A stretch of 24,000 bases of DNA from Listeria weihenstephanensis (lineage in GTDB: Bacteria; Bacillota; Bacilli; Lactobacillales; Listeriaceae). A program made the position numbers and the translations under genes. Where the stretch lies: the NCBI RefSeq assembly GCF_003534205.1, contig NZ_CP011102.1:732036-756035 (forward strand), written 5' to 3'. This document shows positions 10,353 through 17,440 of this stretch, one piece after another (positions within the stretch are counted from its first letter, which is position 1; the number at the start of each line of letters is the position of its first letter). The notes below the pieces were generated by a model. It did no database searches. It was given only the letters and a program-made list of their open reading frames with translations, and had not been told where the DNA came from.

Positions 10353-11342
10353 ATGGAGAGCTATTATTTATTTTCAAATGGAGAGTTGAAACGCAAGGAT
10401 AATGTGGTGAGGTTAACAGCGCCTGATGGTAAATTTAAAGATTTGAAAGTCGAGATGACACGTGAAATTTTCCTTTTTGGCGAGGTGAGTTTGAATACGA
10501 AATGTTTGAATTACATCGGTCAGCTGGGCATTCCAGTGCATATTTTTAATTATTATGGATTTTATAGTGGTAGTTACTATCCGCGTGAGTCCAATGTTTC
10601 TGGGGAACTTCTTGTTGCGCAAGTGACGCATTATGCAGATGAAAAGCGCCGGCACGATATTGCAGTTCAATTTGTAGAGAGCGCTTCTTTTAATATTTTG
10701 CGGAATTTGAGGTATTATCGACAACGTGAAAAAGATGTAGATGAGGCGATGAGTGAGATTAAATCGCTCCGTAAAAAGATAGCAAAAACGGCAGATATTC
10801 AAGAGCTGATGGGGATTGAGGGGAATATTCGTAAGGTGTATTACCAGGCATGGCAAGCGATTATTAACCAAGAAATTGATTTTGAAAAGAGGGTGAAGCG
10901 TCCGCCAGATAATATGATTAATACGCTGATTTCTTATGTGAATTCTTTGGTGTATTCTAGCTGTTTGACGGAGATTTATAAAACGCAACTAAATCCCGCT
11001 ATTAGTTATTTGCACAGTGCTGGCGAGCGACGTTTCTCACTATGCCTTGATATTGCTGAAGTTTTTAAGCCACTTATTGCAGATCGATTGATTTTTAGTA
11101 TGTTAAATAAGAACATAATTACGGAAAAAGATTTTGAGCGTGAAGCTAATTTCTGCTATATGAAAAAAGAAGCACGGCAGAAAATATTGCAGGCGTACGA
11201 TTTGCGGATGAAAGAGACGGTTAAACATCGTGATTTAGGTCGAAGCGTCTCCTATCGCCATTTGATGAGGTTAGAATGTTATAAATTAATCAAGCATTTA
11301 ATGAACGATAAAGAGTACGAAGGATTTAAAATTTGGTGGTGA
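10353..11342 (+). CDS. cas1: Cas1 integrase
   Basis: MESYYLFSNGELKRKDN..., GIEGNIRKVYYQAW and YLHSAGERRFSLCLDIAEVFKPLIADRLIF are typical Cas1 blocks. The ATG at 10353 is preceded by GAGGAGG (10340-10346). The track start at 10329 is a TTG lying inside the cas4 end. Confidence 0.9.
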   Translation: MESYYLFSNGELKRKDNVVRLTAPDGKFKDLKVEMTREIFLFGEVSLNTKCLNYIGQLGIPVHIFNYYGFYSGSYYPRESNVSGELLVAQVTHYADEKRRHDIAVQFVESASFNILRNLRYYRQREKDVDEAMSEIKSLRKKIAKTADIQELMGIEGNIRKVYYQAWQAIINQEIDFEKRVKRPPDNMINTLISYVNSLVYSSCLTEIYKTQLNPAISYLHSAGERRFSLCLDIAEVFKPLIADRLIFSMLNKNIITEKDFEREANFCYMKKEARQKILQAYDLRMKETVKHRDLGRSVSYRHLMRLECYKLIKHLMNDKEYEGFKIWW

Positions 11343-11349
11343 ATAAAAA

Positions 11350-11628
11350 ATGTATATAATCTTGATTTACGATATTGCACAGGATAATGGCGGCGCAAAA
11401 GTATCGCGAAATATCTTTAAAATCTGTAAAAAATATTTAACGCATGTTCAAAAATCCGTTTTTGAAGGAGAAATTACACCACCGTTATTAGTGAAATTAC
11501 GGATGGAGCTGGATAAATATATTCGTGATGAGGAAGACTCGATTATTGTGTTCTCAAGTCGGCAGGAAAGGTGGCTAGAGAAGGAGTTTTGGGGAGTTCC
11601 CGATGAGAAAACATCCAATTTCTTCTGA
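11350..11628 (+). CDS. cas2: Cas2
   Basis: MYIILIYDI ... KVSRNIFKICKKYLTHVQKSVFEGEI is the canonical Cas2 pattern. It is 92 aa long and is the last cas gene before the array. Confidence 0.9.
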   Translation: MYIILIYDIAQDNGGAKVSRNIFKICKKYLTHVQKSVFEGEITPPLLVKLRMELDKYIRDEEDSIIVFSSRQERWLEKEFWGVPDEKTSNFF

Positions 11629-11828
11629 TAGATGAAAAATCTGTCGACCTCCAGTAGCGTAAAAACTATGGGGGATCGACAGATTTCAATAAACGATTGC
11701 GCTGGAAGGGATTTCGGGTTTTTGATGGTGTAGGGGAAGCTGGAAAGGTAGAGAAAAAACAATTTTTGTTGGAGGTCGACAGATTTGGGGTGTTGAGGTA
11801 TGATGGGAGTAGGGACGAAATAGGACGG
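11629..11828 (+). promoter_or_regulatory. CRISPR leader with a candidate pre-crRNA promoter and a triplicated 16-nt motif
   Basis: Candidate promoter: -35 TCGACA (11776-11781), a 17-nt spacer, then -10 TATGAT (11799-11804), about 25 nt upstream of repeat 1. The motif copies are AAATCTGTCGACCTCC (11637-11652, inverted), GGGGATCGACAGATTT (11671-11686) and GGAGGTCGACAGATTT (11771-11786). Confidence 0.6.
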
Positions 11829-12834
11829 GTTTTTATCTAAGTAATGTGAAATGTAAATACCAGCAAATCCCCTTTTTCATAGACTCGCTTTGTTGTTTTT
11901 ATCTAAGTAATGTGAAATGTAAATGTTGATGGGGGTGACATTGGTTTTCCATCATCGCCGTTTTTATCTAAGTAATGTGAAATGTAAATCTGGACCCCGA
12001 ATACATATCGTTATGGTGAATATGCGGTTTTTATCTAAGTAATGTGAAATGTAAATATTTTAAAATCAATCTCACTTGGCTTCAGATCCACAGTTTTTAT
12101 CTAAGTAATGTGAAATGTAAATATTCTTTCAAGGTGTAATTTCCATTCGCTAGTTTTTGTTTTTATCTAAGTAATGTGAAATGTAAATAATCATATTCGA
12201 GGGCGTATATACCTGACTTACCAGTTTTTATCTAAGTAATGTGAAATGTAAATAACAACCCAAAACGAAGATATGCTAGAAATCTATGTTTTTATCTAAG
12301 TAATGTGAAATGTAAATTCAGGATATTCTGAATCTGTATCGGGATGGAATAAGGTTTTTATCTAAGTAATGTGAAATGTAAATTATACTGCCGCCGAGCG
12401 CAACGTTGAGTTTATCGAGTTTTTATCTAAGTAATGTGAAATGTAAATTCGTATTGAGCATATAGGCCACATTGTCCATTGTCGTTTTTATCTAAGTAAT
12501 GTGAAATGTAAATGCTATTAACGGAAAAATAGCAACCACGACAAACATTGTTTTTATCTAAGTAATGTGAAATGTAAATTGGTACACAAACACCGCATTC
12601 TTAGGTAGCCAAGCATTTTTATCTAAGCAATGTGAAATGTAAATGTTGATTTCAATAACTATGCGAAACTGATCTTTTCGGTTTTATTTAAGTAATGTGA
12701 AATGTAAATTCCAGCAAGTCTTTATTTTCGTGAATGTTGCCGATGGTTTTTTATCTAAGTAATGTAAATTGGGACAGGACAGTTACAAAATTTCTGTACG
12801 AACAGTTTTTATCCAATTAAAATGATGCAACACA
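11829..12834 (+). CRISPR. CRISPR array with 16 repeats and 15 spacers, consensus repeat GTTTTTATCTAAGTAATGTGAAATGTAAAT (30 nt)
   Basis: Repeats start at 11829, 11895, 11960, 12027, 12093, 12159, 12224, 12288, 12354, 12419, 12484, 12550, 12615, 12680, 12746 and 12805. Repeats 1-12 are identical. Repeat 13 carries G1A and T14C, and repeat 14 carries T2G and C9T. Repeat 15 is 24 nt (7-nt internal deletion plus one extra T). Repeat 16 keeps only about the first 16 nt. Spacer lengths are 36, 35, 37, 36, 36, 35, 34, 36, 35, 35, 36, 35, 35, 36 and 35. The + orientation is inferred from the cas2-proximal leader and the distal decay. Confidence 0.97.
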
Positions 12835-12866
12835 AAAAACGCCACTACCAATCCAAATGGCAGTGG
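12834..12866 (-). terminator. Rho-independent terminator of the TetR-family gene
   Basis: On the minus strand, CCACTGCCA (12858-12866) pairs with TGGTAGTGG (12842-12850), 9 bp with one mismatch and a 7-nt loop. CG TTTTTT follows (A-run 12834-12839 on the + strand). Confidence 0.7.
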
Positions 12867-12900
12867 TATTCTAAAATTCTCGAACAATCTAATACACATA

Positions 12901-13458
12901 TCAATCAAAAATCCTCGTATTAACCAACGCTTGAAAATACCCATCCATCTCCTCAGCCGGCGTAGTCTGCTCTTTACTCACCCACCACAAAACCAAACCG
13001 GAAATCGCGTGGCCGAAAATCTCAGCGATGATTTCTTTCGGAACATCCGTATTCTCCCCATCTTTCAATAACTCACTCAAATCAGCAAGCATCAAGTTAT
13101 TCATCTGCTTCCCAAAGTCATTTCGAAACTGTTCGCTGGCGTGAAAACACTCAAATATTGTTAATACCAGCTGCCGATCCCAAGCTTCGAACATGCACAT
13201 GAATGGCTGGCACAATCTTTCTCTCGGCGTAAAGCGATCAAAGCCTGCCTGCATCTTATCCACGCAATATGTCAAAAGGTGATACTTATCCTCAAAATGT
13301 TTATAAAATGTCGTTCTATGGACCATCGCTTTATCGCAAATCATATTAATTGTTATCGCTTCAAAGGTATAAACATGCTCATTAATCAGTTCTAACAGTG
13401 CATTTGATAGGTGGGTTTTGGTTCTTAATGAACGCAAATCTTCTTTTCTTTCTGACAT
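12901..13458 (-). CDS. TetR/AcrR-family transcriptional regulator
   Basis: The N-terminal HTH region (TKTHLSNALLELINEHVYTFEAITINMICDKAMVHRTTFYKHFEDKYHLL) is typical of the TetR_N domain. AAGGAG (13470-13475 reverse complement) lies 11 nt upstream of the ATG. Confidence 0.85.
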   Translation of the reverse strand: MSERKEDLRSLRTKTHLSNALLELINEHVYTFEAITINMICDKAMVHRTTFYKHFEDKYHLLTYCVDKMQAGFDRFTPRERLCQPFMCMFEAWDRQLVLTIFECFHASEQFRNDFGKQMNNLMLADLSELLKDGENTDVPKEIIAEIFGHAISGLVLWWVSKEQTTPAEEMDGYFQALVNTRIFD

Positions 13459-13515
13459 TCGGCGACACTCTCCTTAGATGTGTAGACTAACTTGATTTTC
13501 GGCTCTTTTTGATTC

Positions 13516-13544
13516 TTGTTGTAGCTACCATATAAAGTTATTAT
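13516..13544 (+). promoter_or_regulatory. Candidate sigma-A promoter for the esterase gene in the TetR-divergent intergenic region
   Basis: TTGTTG (13516-13521), a 17-nt spacer, then TATTAT (13539-13544). An 8-nt inverted pair TGTAGACT / AGTCTACA flanks the region about 65 nt apart. No compact TetR operator palindrome was recognised. Confidence 0.35.
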
Positions 13545-13579
13545 ACGTAGGAGGACAGAAAAAGTCTACAGAAAGAAGG

Positions 13580-14815
13580 ATGGAAATGAATAAGACAACG
13601 AAAAAAATGGATAATGAAAAGAACGGAAAAAATAAGGCTACACGCAATTGGAAGACAAGATTATTATCAGGGATATCGATTTTTCTAATGGTATTTTTGC
13701 TAATCGTATTAGTGGGAGTGTATTTCCCTGATGTATCTTTTGTCGGTGAAATTGGTACAATTGTGATGTCATTATTTTCGCTACACTTAGTTATTTTAAG
13801 TATTGTACTTGGAATTTTAGCGATATGTATGTTCCGAATGGGGCTCAAACGAATCGGCATGGTTTCGGTCATATTTACGACAGTTTTCATCATTGGGTTC
13901 TCGATTCCAATCGTGCAAATGGTGCAAGTTGCGAACCAATATAACGCAAAAATCTCATGGACGGAAAACCTTTTTTCAATGCCCGATATGGGAGGACCTG
14001 ATTTAACTAAGTCTGTAAAATATGCTACGGCAGATGATACGGATTTATATATGGATATTTCTATTCCCAAAAACGGAAAAACGAACAATCTCACACCTAT
14101 CGTTTTGATTCATGGCGGGGGTTTTGTTGCAGGAACTCGTAATCAATCTCCTTCATGGACGCAGTTTTATCTTGATAGAGGATACGTCGTTTTTGATGTA
14201 GATTATCGTTTGGCTAAGGAAGATTATCCAACGTGGGACAAGGCGGCACCTGATGTGGCGACGGCAATAACTTGGATTGGGAACCATGCGGATAAATACA
14301 ACGTGGATATGGATAAATTGCTCGTGGCAGGCGGTTCGGCTGGTGGAAGTTTGGCGCTACAAGTTGGGTATGGTCTGAATGATGGCACGCTAAAACCTTA
14401 TATTTCTGGTGAAGTTTATAAACCCAAGGCAGTCGTAGCAGTATATCCAGCGCAGAATATGACAAATATTTGGTATGAGGGCACGAATTTCTTTGGCATG
14501 AACGGTGAGGAATTCCTCGGATCTTATACCGGCGGCTCACCTACTGAAAAACCAGAAGCCTACGCGGCGATCGATGTCGGTAAACACATCACGGATACTA
14601 CGCCACCAACGCTTATCATGGTCGGGAAAAACGATCATCTTCTCCCATATAGCGGTCAAGTAGCCTTTGAAAAATTACTGAATAAAAATAACGTTCCAAA
14701 TGAATTTGTCGCGATCCCGTTCAACGATCACTTCTTTGATCTATCTGGCGGTAGTATCGGCTCGCAAATTAGTTATCAAGCAGCAACGGATTTTCTTGAT
14801 AAATATACAAAATAG
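13580..14815 (+). CDS. Membrane-anchored alpha/beta hydrolase (esterase/lipase, HSL/Abhydrolase_3-like)
   Basis: Roughly the N-terminal 100 aa form about three hydrophobic segments. The catalytic domain has the HGGG oxyanion motif (LIHGGGFVAG) and the GxSxG nucleophile (AGGSAGGSLA). The start is the ATG at 13580 or 13586, both just after AAGGA. Confidence 0.8.
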   Translation: MEMNKTTKKMDNEKNGKNKATRNWKTRLLSGISIFLMVFLLIVLVGVYFPDVSFVGEIGTIVMSLFSLHLVILSIVLGILAICMFRMGLKRIGMVSVIFTTVFIIGFSIPIVQMVQVANQYNAKISWTENLFSMPDMGGPDLTKSVKYATADDTDLYMDISIPKNGKTNNLTPIVLIHGGGFVAGTRNQSPSWTQFYLDRGYVVFDVDYRLAKEDYPTWDKAAPDVATAITWIGNHADKYNVDMDKLLVAGGSAGGSLALQVGYGLNDGTLKPYISGEVYKPKAVVAVYPAQNMTNIWYEGTNFFGMNGEEFLGSYTGGSPTEKPEAYAAIDVGKHITDTTPPTLIMVGKNDHLLPYSGQVAFEKLLNKNNVPNEFVAIPFNDHFFDLSGGSIGSQISYQAATDFLDKYTK

Positions 14816-14819
14816 GCTC

Positions 14820-14867
14820 AAAAAGCGCTATAATTCATTGTCTGTCAATGAGGTTATAGCGCTTTTT
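14820..14867. terminator. Bidirectional terminator between convergent esterase and MFS genes
   Basis: A perfect 14-nt inverted repeat, AAAAAGCGCTATAA (14820-14833) / TTATAGCGCTTTTT (14854-14867). An inner stem TCATTG (14835-14840) / CAATGA (14846-14851) lies within it. A-runs and T-runs on both sides would serve either strand. Confidence 0.85.
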
Positions 14868-14868
14868 A

Positions 14869-16422
14869 TTATGCTTTTTGTTTATCGCGAATCAAAAGTA
14901 AGCTGGCCAAAGCTCCGATGCCGAGAAGGACTGCAATCAGTATATTAGCGTGATTCATCCCTTCATTGAAAGCTTGGAACACGATGTTTTTAATTTGATC
15001 GAATATTGGCAGTTGTTGATACGCTTCTGCTTGTTTACTATCGAAAATCTGTTGCCCAGCGAACGGGCCTGCCTTATGCAGAATTTCAACCAATTGTGTT
15101 TTCATAGCAGCGGGTACTTCCGTCATATTTTTCAAGCTACTAGTTAGACTGTCGAAATAGCCATTCGTAACACTTATTCCGAGCATCACCACGCCAAAAG
15201 AAATACCAACTTGCCGTGATACATTCAAAATTCCTGATGCCATTCCGATATGTTTTTCAGCTACGGAACTCATGGCTACATTTGAAATTGGCGGATTAAC
15301 CAAAGCATTACTTATGCCGAGCAAGATGAAACCAGGGAATAAATAGCTCCATTCGAAAGGTACTTTTAACAGGTAGTTAATGATCAAAATACCAACCATA
15401 CCTATAAACAAGGCGATCGTGATCAACCAGCGATTTCCGATTCTATTGGTGATTACCCATGTGAAGGGACCTAAAATTAAGGTGAAAACGCTGATGAGCA
15501 AGAGCTTTAATCCGGTTTCAAACGCCGAGTAACCCATGTAGTTTTGCATCAAAATAGATAAGTAGGTAAATCCACCATAAAGCCCAGCGCCTAATGTAAA
15601 TGCTGCAATATTCGCGCCGATGAATGATCTCGATTTGAAGATGCTTAAATCAATCATCGGTACTTTGACTTTACGTTCCGCAATAATGAATAACCCCAGG
15701 GAAACGACTGCTAGGGCAAACAACGCGATAATCCGCCAATTTGTCCACGTGTAATCGCTATGTGTCTGCTTTTGGATCAAGGCAAAAACTGCGCTGAAAA
15801 TCATTATCGTACTAAAAATAAGGCCTAGAAAATCAAAAGACTCGCGCTGTTTCTTAGTAGTATCGGTTATAAAAATCATTCCGAATAGGATAGCTATAAT
15901 CCCGACTGGAATATTAATCAGAAAAATGGAGCGCCATCCGAGGCTATCTACGAGAATTCCGCCAAGCAGAGGGCCAATCGAAACCGCCAAACCTACAGCG
16001 CTACTCCAAATCCCCAAGGCCAAGCCGCGCTGTTTTTCAGGGAATGCAGAGGTAACGATAGAAAGAGATAAGGACATCATCGCTGCACCACCGACGCCTT
16101 GCAATCCGCGGAAGATATTGAGCCATAAATCACTGGTCGCCATCCCGCTAGCGAGTGATCCGATAATGAATACTAGTAGCCCCGATAAAAAGACAATCTT
16201 TCGACTGAAGCGATCTCCTAATTTAGATACTGGCAGCAACATAACCGCGTAAACTAAAGTGTAGGCATTTAAAACCCACTGCAGGCTAGAAAAACTTCCG
16301 GCAAAACTTTGTTGAATCTCGGGTAAGGCAACATTTACAATGGTGATATCAAGCATCGCCATGAAAACCGCCAAACTTACTGTCCCTAAAACCCACCATT
16401 TTTTACTTTCTTTCATGTTCAT
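14869..16422 (-). CDS. MFS transporter, DHA2 (EmrB/QacA-like, 14-TMS) drug:H+ antiporter family
   Basis: It is 517 aa with many hydrophobic segments. It carries MFS motif A-like GDRFSRKIVFLSGL and DHA2-like LDITIVNVALP near the N-terminus. The ATG at 16416 (6 nt after GAAGGA) is an equally or more likely start than 16422. Confidence 0.85.
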   Translation of the reverse strand: MNMKESKKWWVLGTVSLAVFMAMLDITIVNVALPEIQQSFAGSFSSLQWVLNAYTLVYAVMLLPVSKLGDRFSRKIVFLSGLLVFIIGSLASGMATSDLWLNIFRGLQGVGGAAMMSLSLSIVTSAFPEKQRGLALGIWSSAVGLAVSIGPLLGGILVDSLGWRSIFLINIPVGIIAILFGMIFITDTTKKQRESFDFLGLIFSTIMIFSAVFALIQKQTHSDYTWTNWRIIALFALAVVSLGLFIIAERKVKVPMIDLSIFKSRSFIGANIAAFTLGAGLYGGFTYLSILMQNYMGYSAFETGLKLLLISVFTLILGPFTWVITNRIGNRWLITIALFIGMVGILIINYLLKVPFEWSYLFPGFILLGISNALVNPPISNVAMSSVAEKHIGMASGILNVSRQVGISFGVVMLGISVTNGYFDSLTSSLKNMTEVPAAMKTQLVEILHKAGPFAGQQIFDSKQAEAYQQLPIFDQIKNIVFQAFNEGMNHANILIAVLLGIGALASLLLIRDKQKA

Positions 16423-16492
16423 TCCTTCTTCCTTTTATAATATGCATATAAGCGTATTAATGCATGCTTTATTTAAAATAAAAACACTCTAC

Positions 16493-16819
16493 TTACATAT
16501 TTAAGAGCGTCTTCATGTTTGTTGCCGCTGTTTCAAAATTACCAACAATTGCTTTTTTATCGACTTTGTAAAACACTTCGCGACCGACTTTTCTACGTTC
16601 GACGGCACCGAAACGATTCATGTAGTCCAAGTGACGGGAGATTACTGAACGATTTTGAGGAAAGTTTTCAGCGATTTCTCCGATAGTTAGTTCGCCTGAG
16701 CTTGCTAAGAAAATCAACAACTCACTGCGTACAGGTTCACAGATTGCTCTAAAAAATTCGATATCAATGTTTTCCTGGATTAATTCGCGACATTTCTCTG
16801 GATCATATTTCCCTTTCAT
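16493..16819 (-). CDS. ArsR/SmtB-family winged-helix transcriptional regulator
   Basis: FFRAICEPVRSELLIFLASSGELTIGEIAENFPQNRSVISRHLDYMNRFGAVERRKVGREVFY is the ArsR-type HTH pattern. The ATG at 16819 lies 4 nt after AGAGGTGA. The track start at 16861 has no RBS. It sits 70 nt upstream of the MFS gene on the same strand, so the two likely form an operon. Confidence 0.8.
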   Translation of the reverse strand: MKGKYDPEKCRELIQENIDIEFFRAICEPVRSELLIFLASSGELTIGEIAENFPQNRSVISRHLDYMNRFGAVERRKVGREVFYKVDKKAIVGNFETAATNMKTLLNM

Positions 16820-16840
16820 GTCATCACCTCTTGTAAATAT

Positions 16841-16868
16841 ATTATACGCATATGTGTGCACATGTCAA
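16841..16868 (-). promoter_or_regulatory. Near-consensus sigma-A promoter for the ArsR-MFS operon with a palindrome in the spacer
   Basis: On the minus strand: TTGACA (16863-16868), a 16-nt spacer, then TATAAT (16841-16846). The spacer contains the perfect 8-nt palindrome TGTGCACA, a candidate repressor operator. Confidence 0.6.
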
Positions 16869-16877
16869 GTGTTTTTA

Positions 16878-17324
16878 TCAGCGAGAATCACCAGCAAAAG
16901 GACTAGCCAATTTAAGCTCGCGTTTTTCATCATTGACAAACTTCCTCTGCGCGCTAATAATTTCGACCGCGTCAGGCGAACTATAAACATCAAGCTTAGC
17001 GTCGATCTCTTTTAAATTCTCGTTCAGCGTTACTATTTGCTCCATAATTTGCTCGCGATGCTCCGAAAGCAATGTTTTCCGCGAATCAATCGTACTTGTA
17101 CCTTCCATACAAAAATCGATGTACTTCCGGATATCTTTAATTTGCATCCCAGTATTTTTTAAACAACAAATCGTTTGTATAAAAGATAAATCCGATACGG
17201 TAAATTCTCTGTGACCGGATTCATTTTTCGCGACAAATGGCAGTAGGCCTTGTTTATCGTAAAAGCGAATCGTATATATTGATAGTCCGAACAACTCTGA
17301 AACTTCTTTAATAGAATACGTCAT
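16878..17324 (-). CDS. MerR-family transcriptional regulator
   Basis: MTYSIKEVSELFGLSIYTIRFYDKQGLLP is the canonical MerR N-terminal HTH. A coiled-coil dimerisation helix follows (HREQIMEQIVTLNENLKEIDAKL). AAGGAG lies 8 nt upstream of the ATG. Confidence 0.9.
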   Translation of the reverse strand: MTYSIKEVSELFGLSIYTIRFYDKQGLLPFVAKNESGHREFTVSDLSFIQTICCLKNTGMQIKDIRKYIDFCMEGTSTIDSRKTLLSEHREQIMEQIVTLNENLKEIDAKLDVYSSPDAVEIISAQRKFVNDEKRELKLASPFAGDSR

Positions 17325-17357
17325 GTCTCTATCTCCTTAAAAAAATTATTAAAACGC

Positions 17358-17388
17358 TTGACCTAGACATAACTCTAGGTTCTATGAT
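17358..17388 (+). promoter_or_regulatory. MerR-type promoter with a 19-bp spacer and operator palindrome, driving the SDR gene
   Basis: -35 TTGACC (17358-17363), a 19-nt spacer (17364-17382), then -10 TATGAT (17383-17388). The inverted repeat ACCTAGA (17361-17367) / TCTAGGT (17374-17380) is centred in the spacer. The promoter lies between the divergent merR-family and SDR genes. Confidence 0.75.
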
Positions 17389-17440
17389 AAATATAAATCA
17401 TAACGGCTTTATTAGCAAGTTATAACTGGAGGCAAGAGAT

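Noticed and set aside
10413-10988. A 191-aa minus-strand ORF inside cas1
   Set aside because: It is entirely antisense to a strongly supported Cas1 coding region. Its composition is low-complexity and Ile/Arg/Asn-rich, typical of the reverse frame of an AT-rich gene. It has no RBS.
11448-11762. A 104-aa minus-strand ORF overlapping cas2 and the CRISPR leader
   Set aside because: It is antisense to cas2 and extends through the non-coding leader. It is most likely a chance open frame in AT-rich sequence.
11637-11786. The leader inverted repeat read as the termini of a MITE-like insertion (150-bp element with 16-bp TIRs)
   Set aside because: No target-site duplication flanks the arms (left flank ...GATGAA, right flank GGGGTG...). 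A third internal copy also fits a regulatory or structural motif better. It is kept as an alternative in the finding, not as a call.
12123-12164. Spacer 5 ends in GTTTTT, duplicating the first 6 nt of the following repeat
   Set aside because: It could hint at slipped integration. However, a T-rich 6-mer in AT-rich DNA is easily coincidental, and the spacer length (36) is normal with the boundary as called.
11925-12679. Spacers 2 and 13 both begin with GTTGAT
   Set aside because: Only the first 6 nt match and the rest is at background similarity. This is consistent with chance.
11859-12804. Self-targeting spacers (a match of any spacer elsewhere in the window)
   Set aside because: I scanned by eye for the distinctive cores of the 15 spacers elsewhere in the 24 kb and found none. 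This cannot exclude matches elsewhere in the genome and needs BLAST.
13525-14094. A 189-aa minus-strand ORF overlapping the esterase 5' region and promoter
   Set aside because: It is antisense to the membrane-anchor region of the esterase, where a hydrophobic mirror frame is expected. It would also run through the TetR-divergent promoter region.
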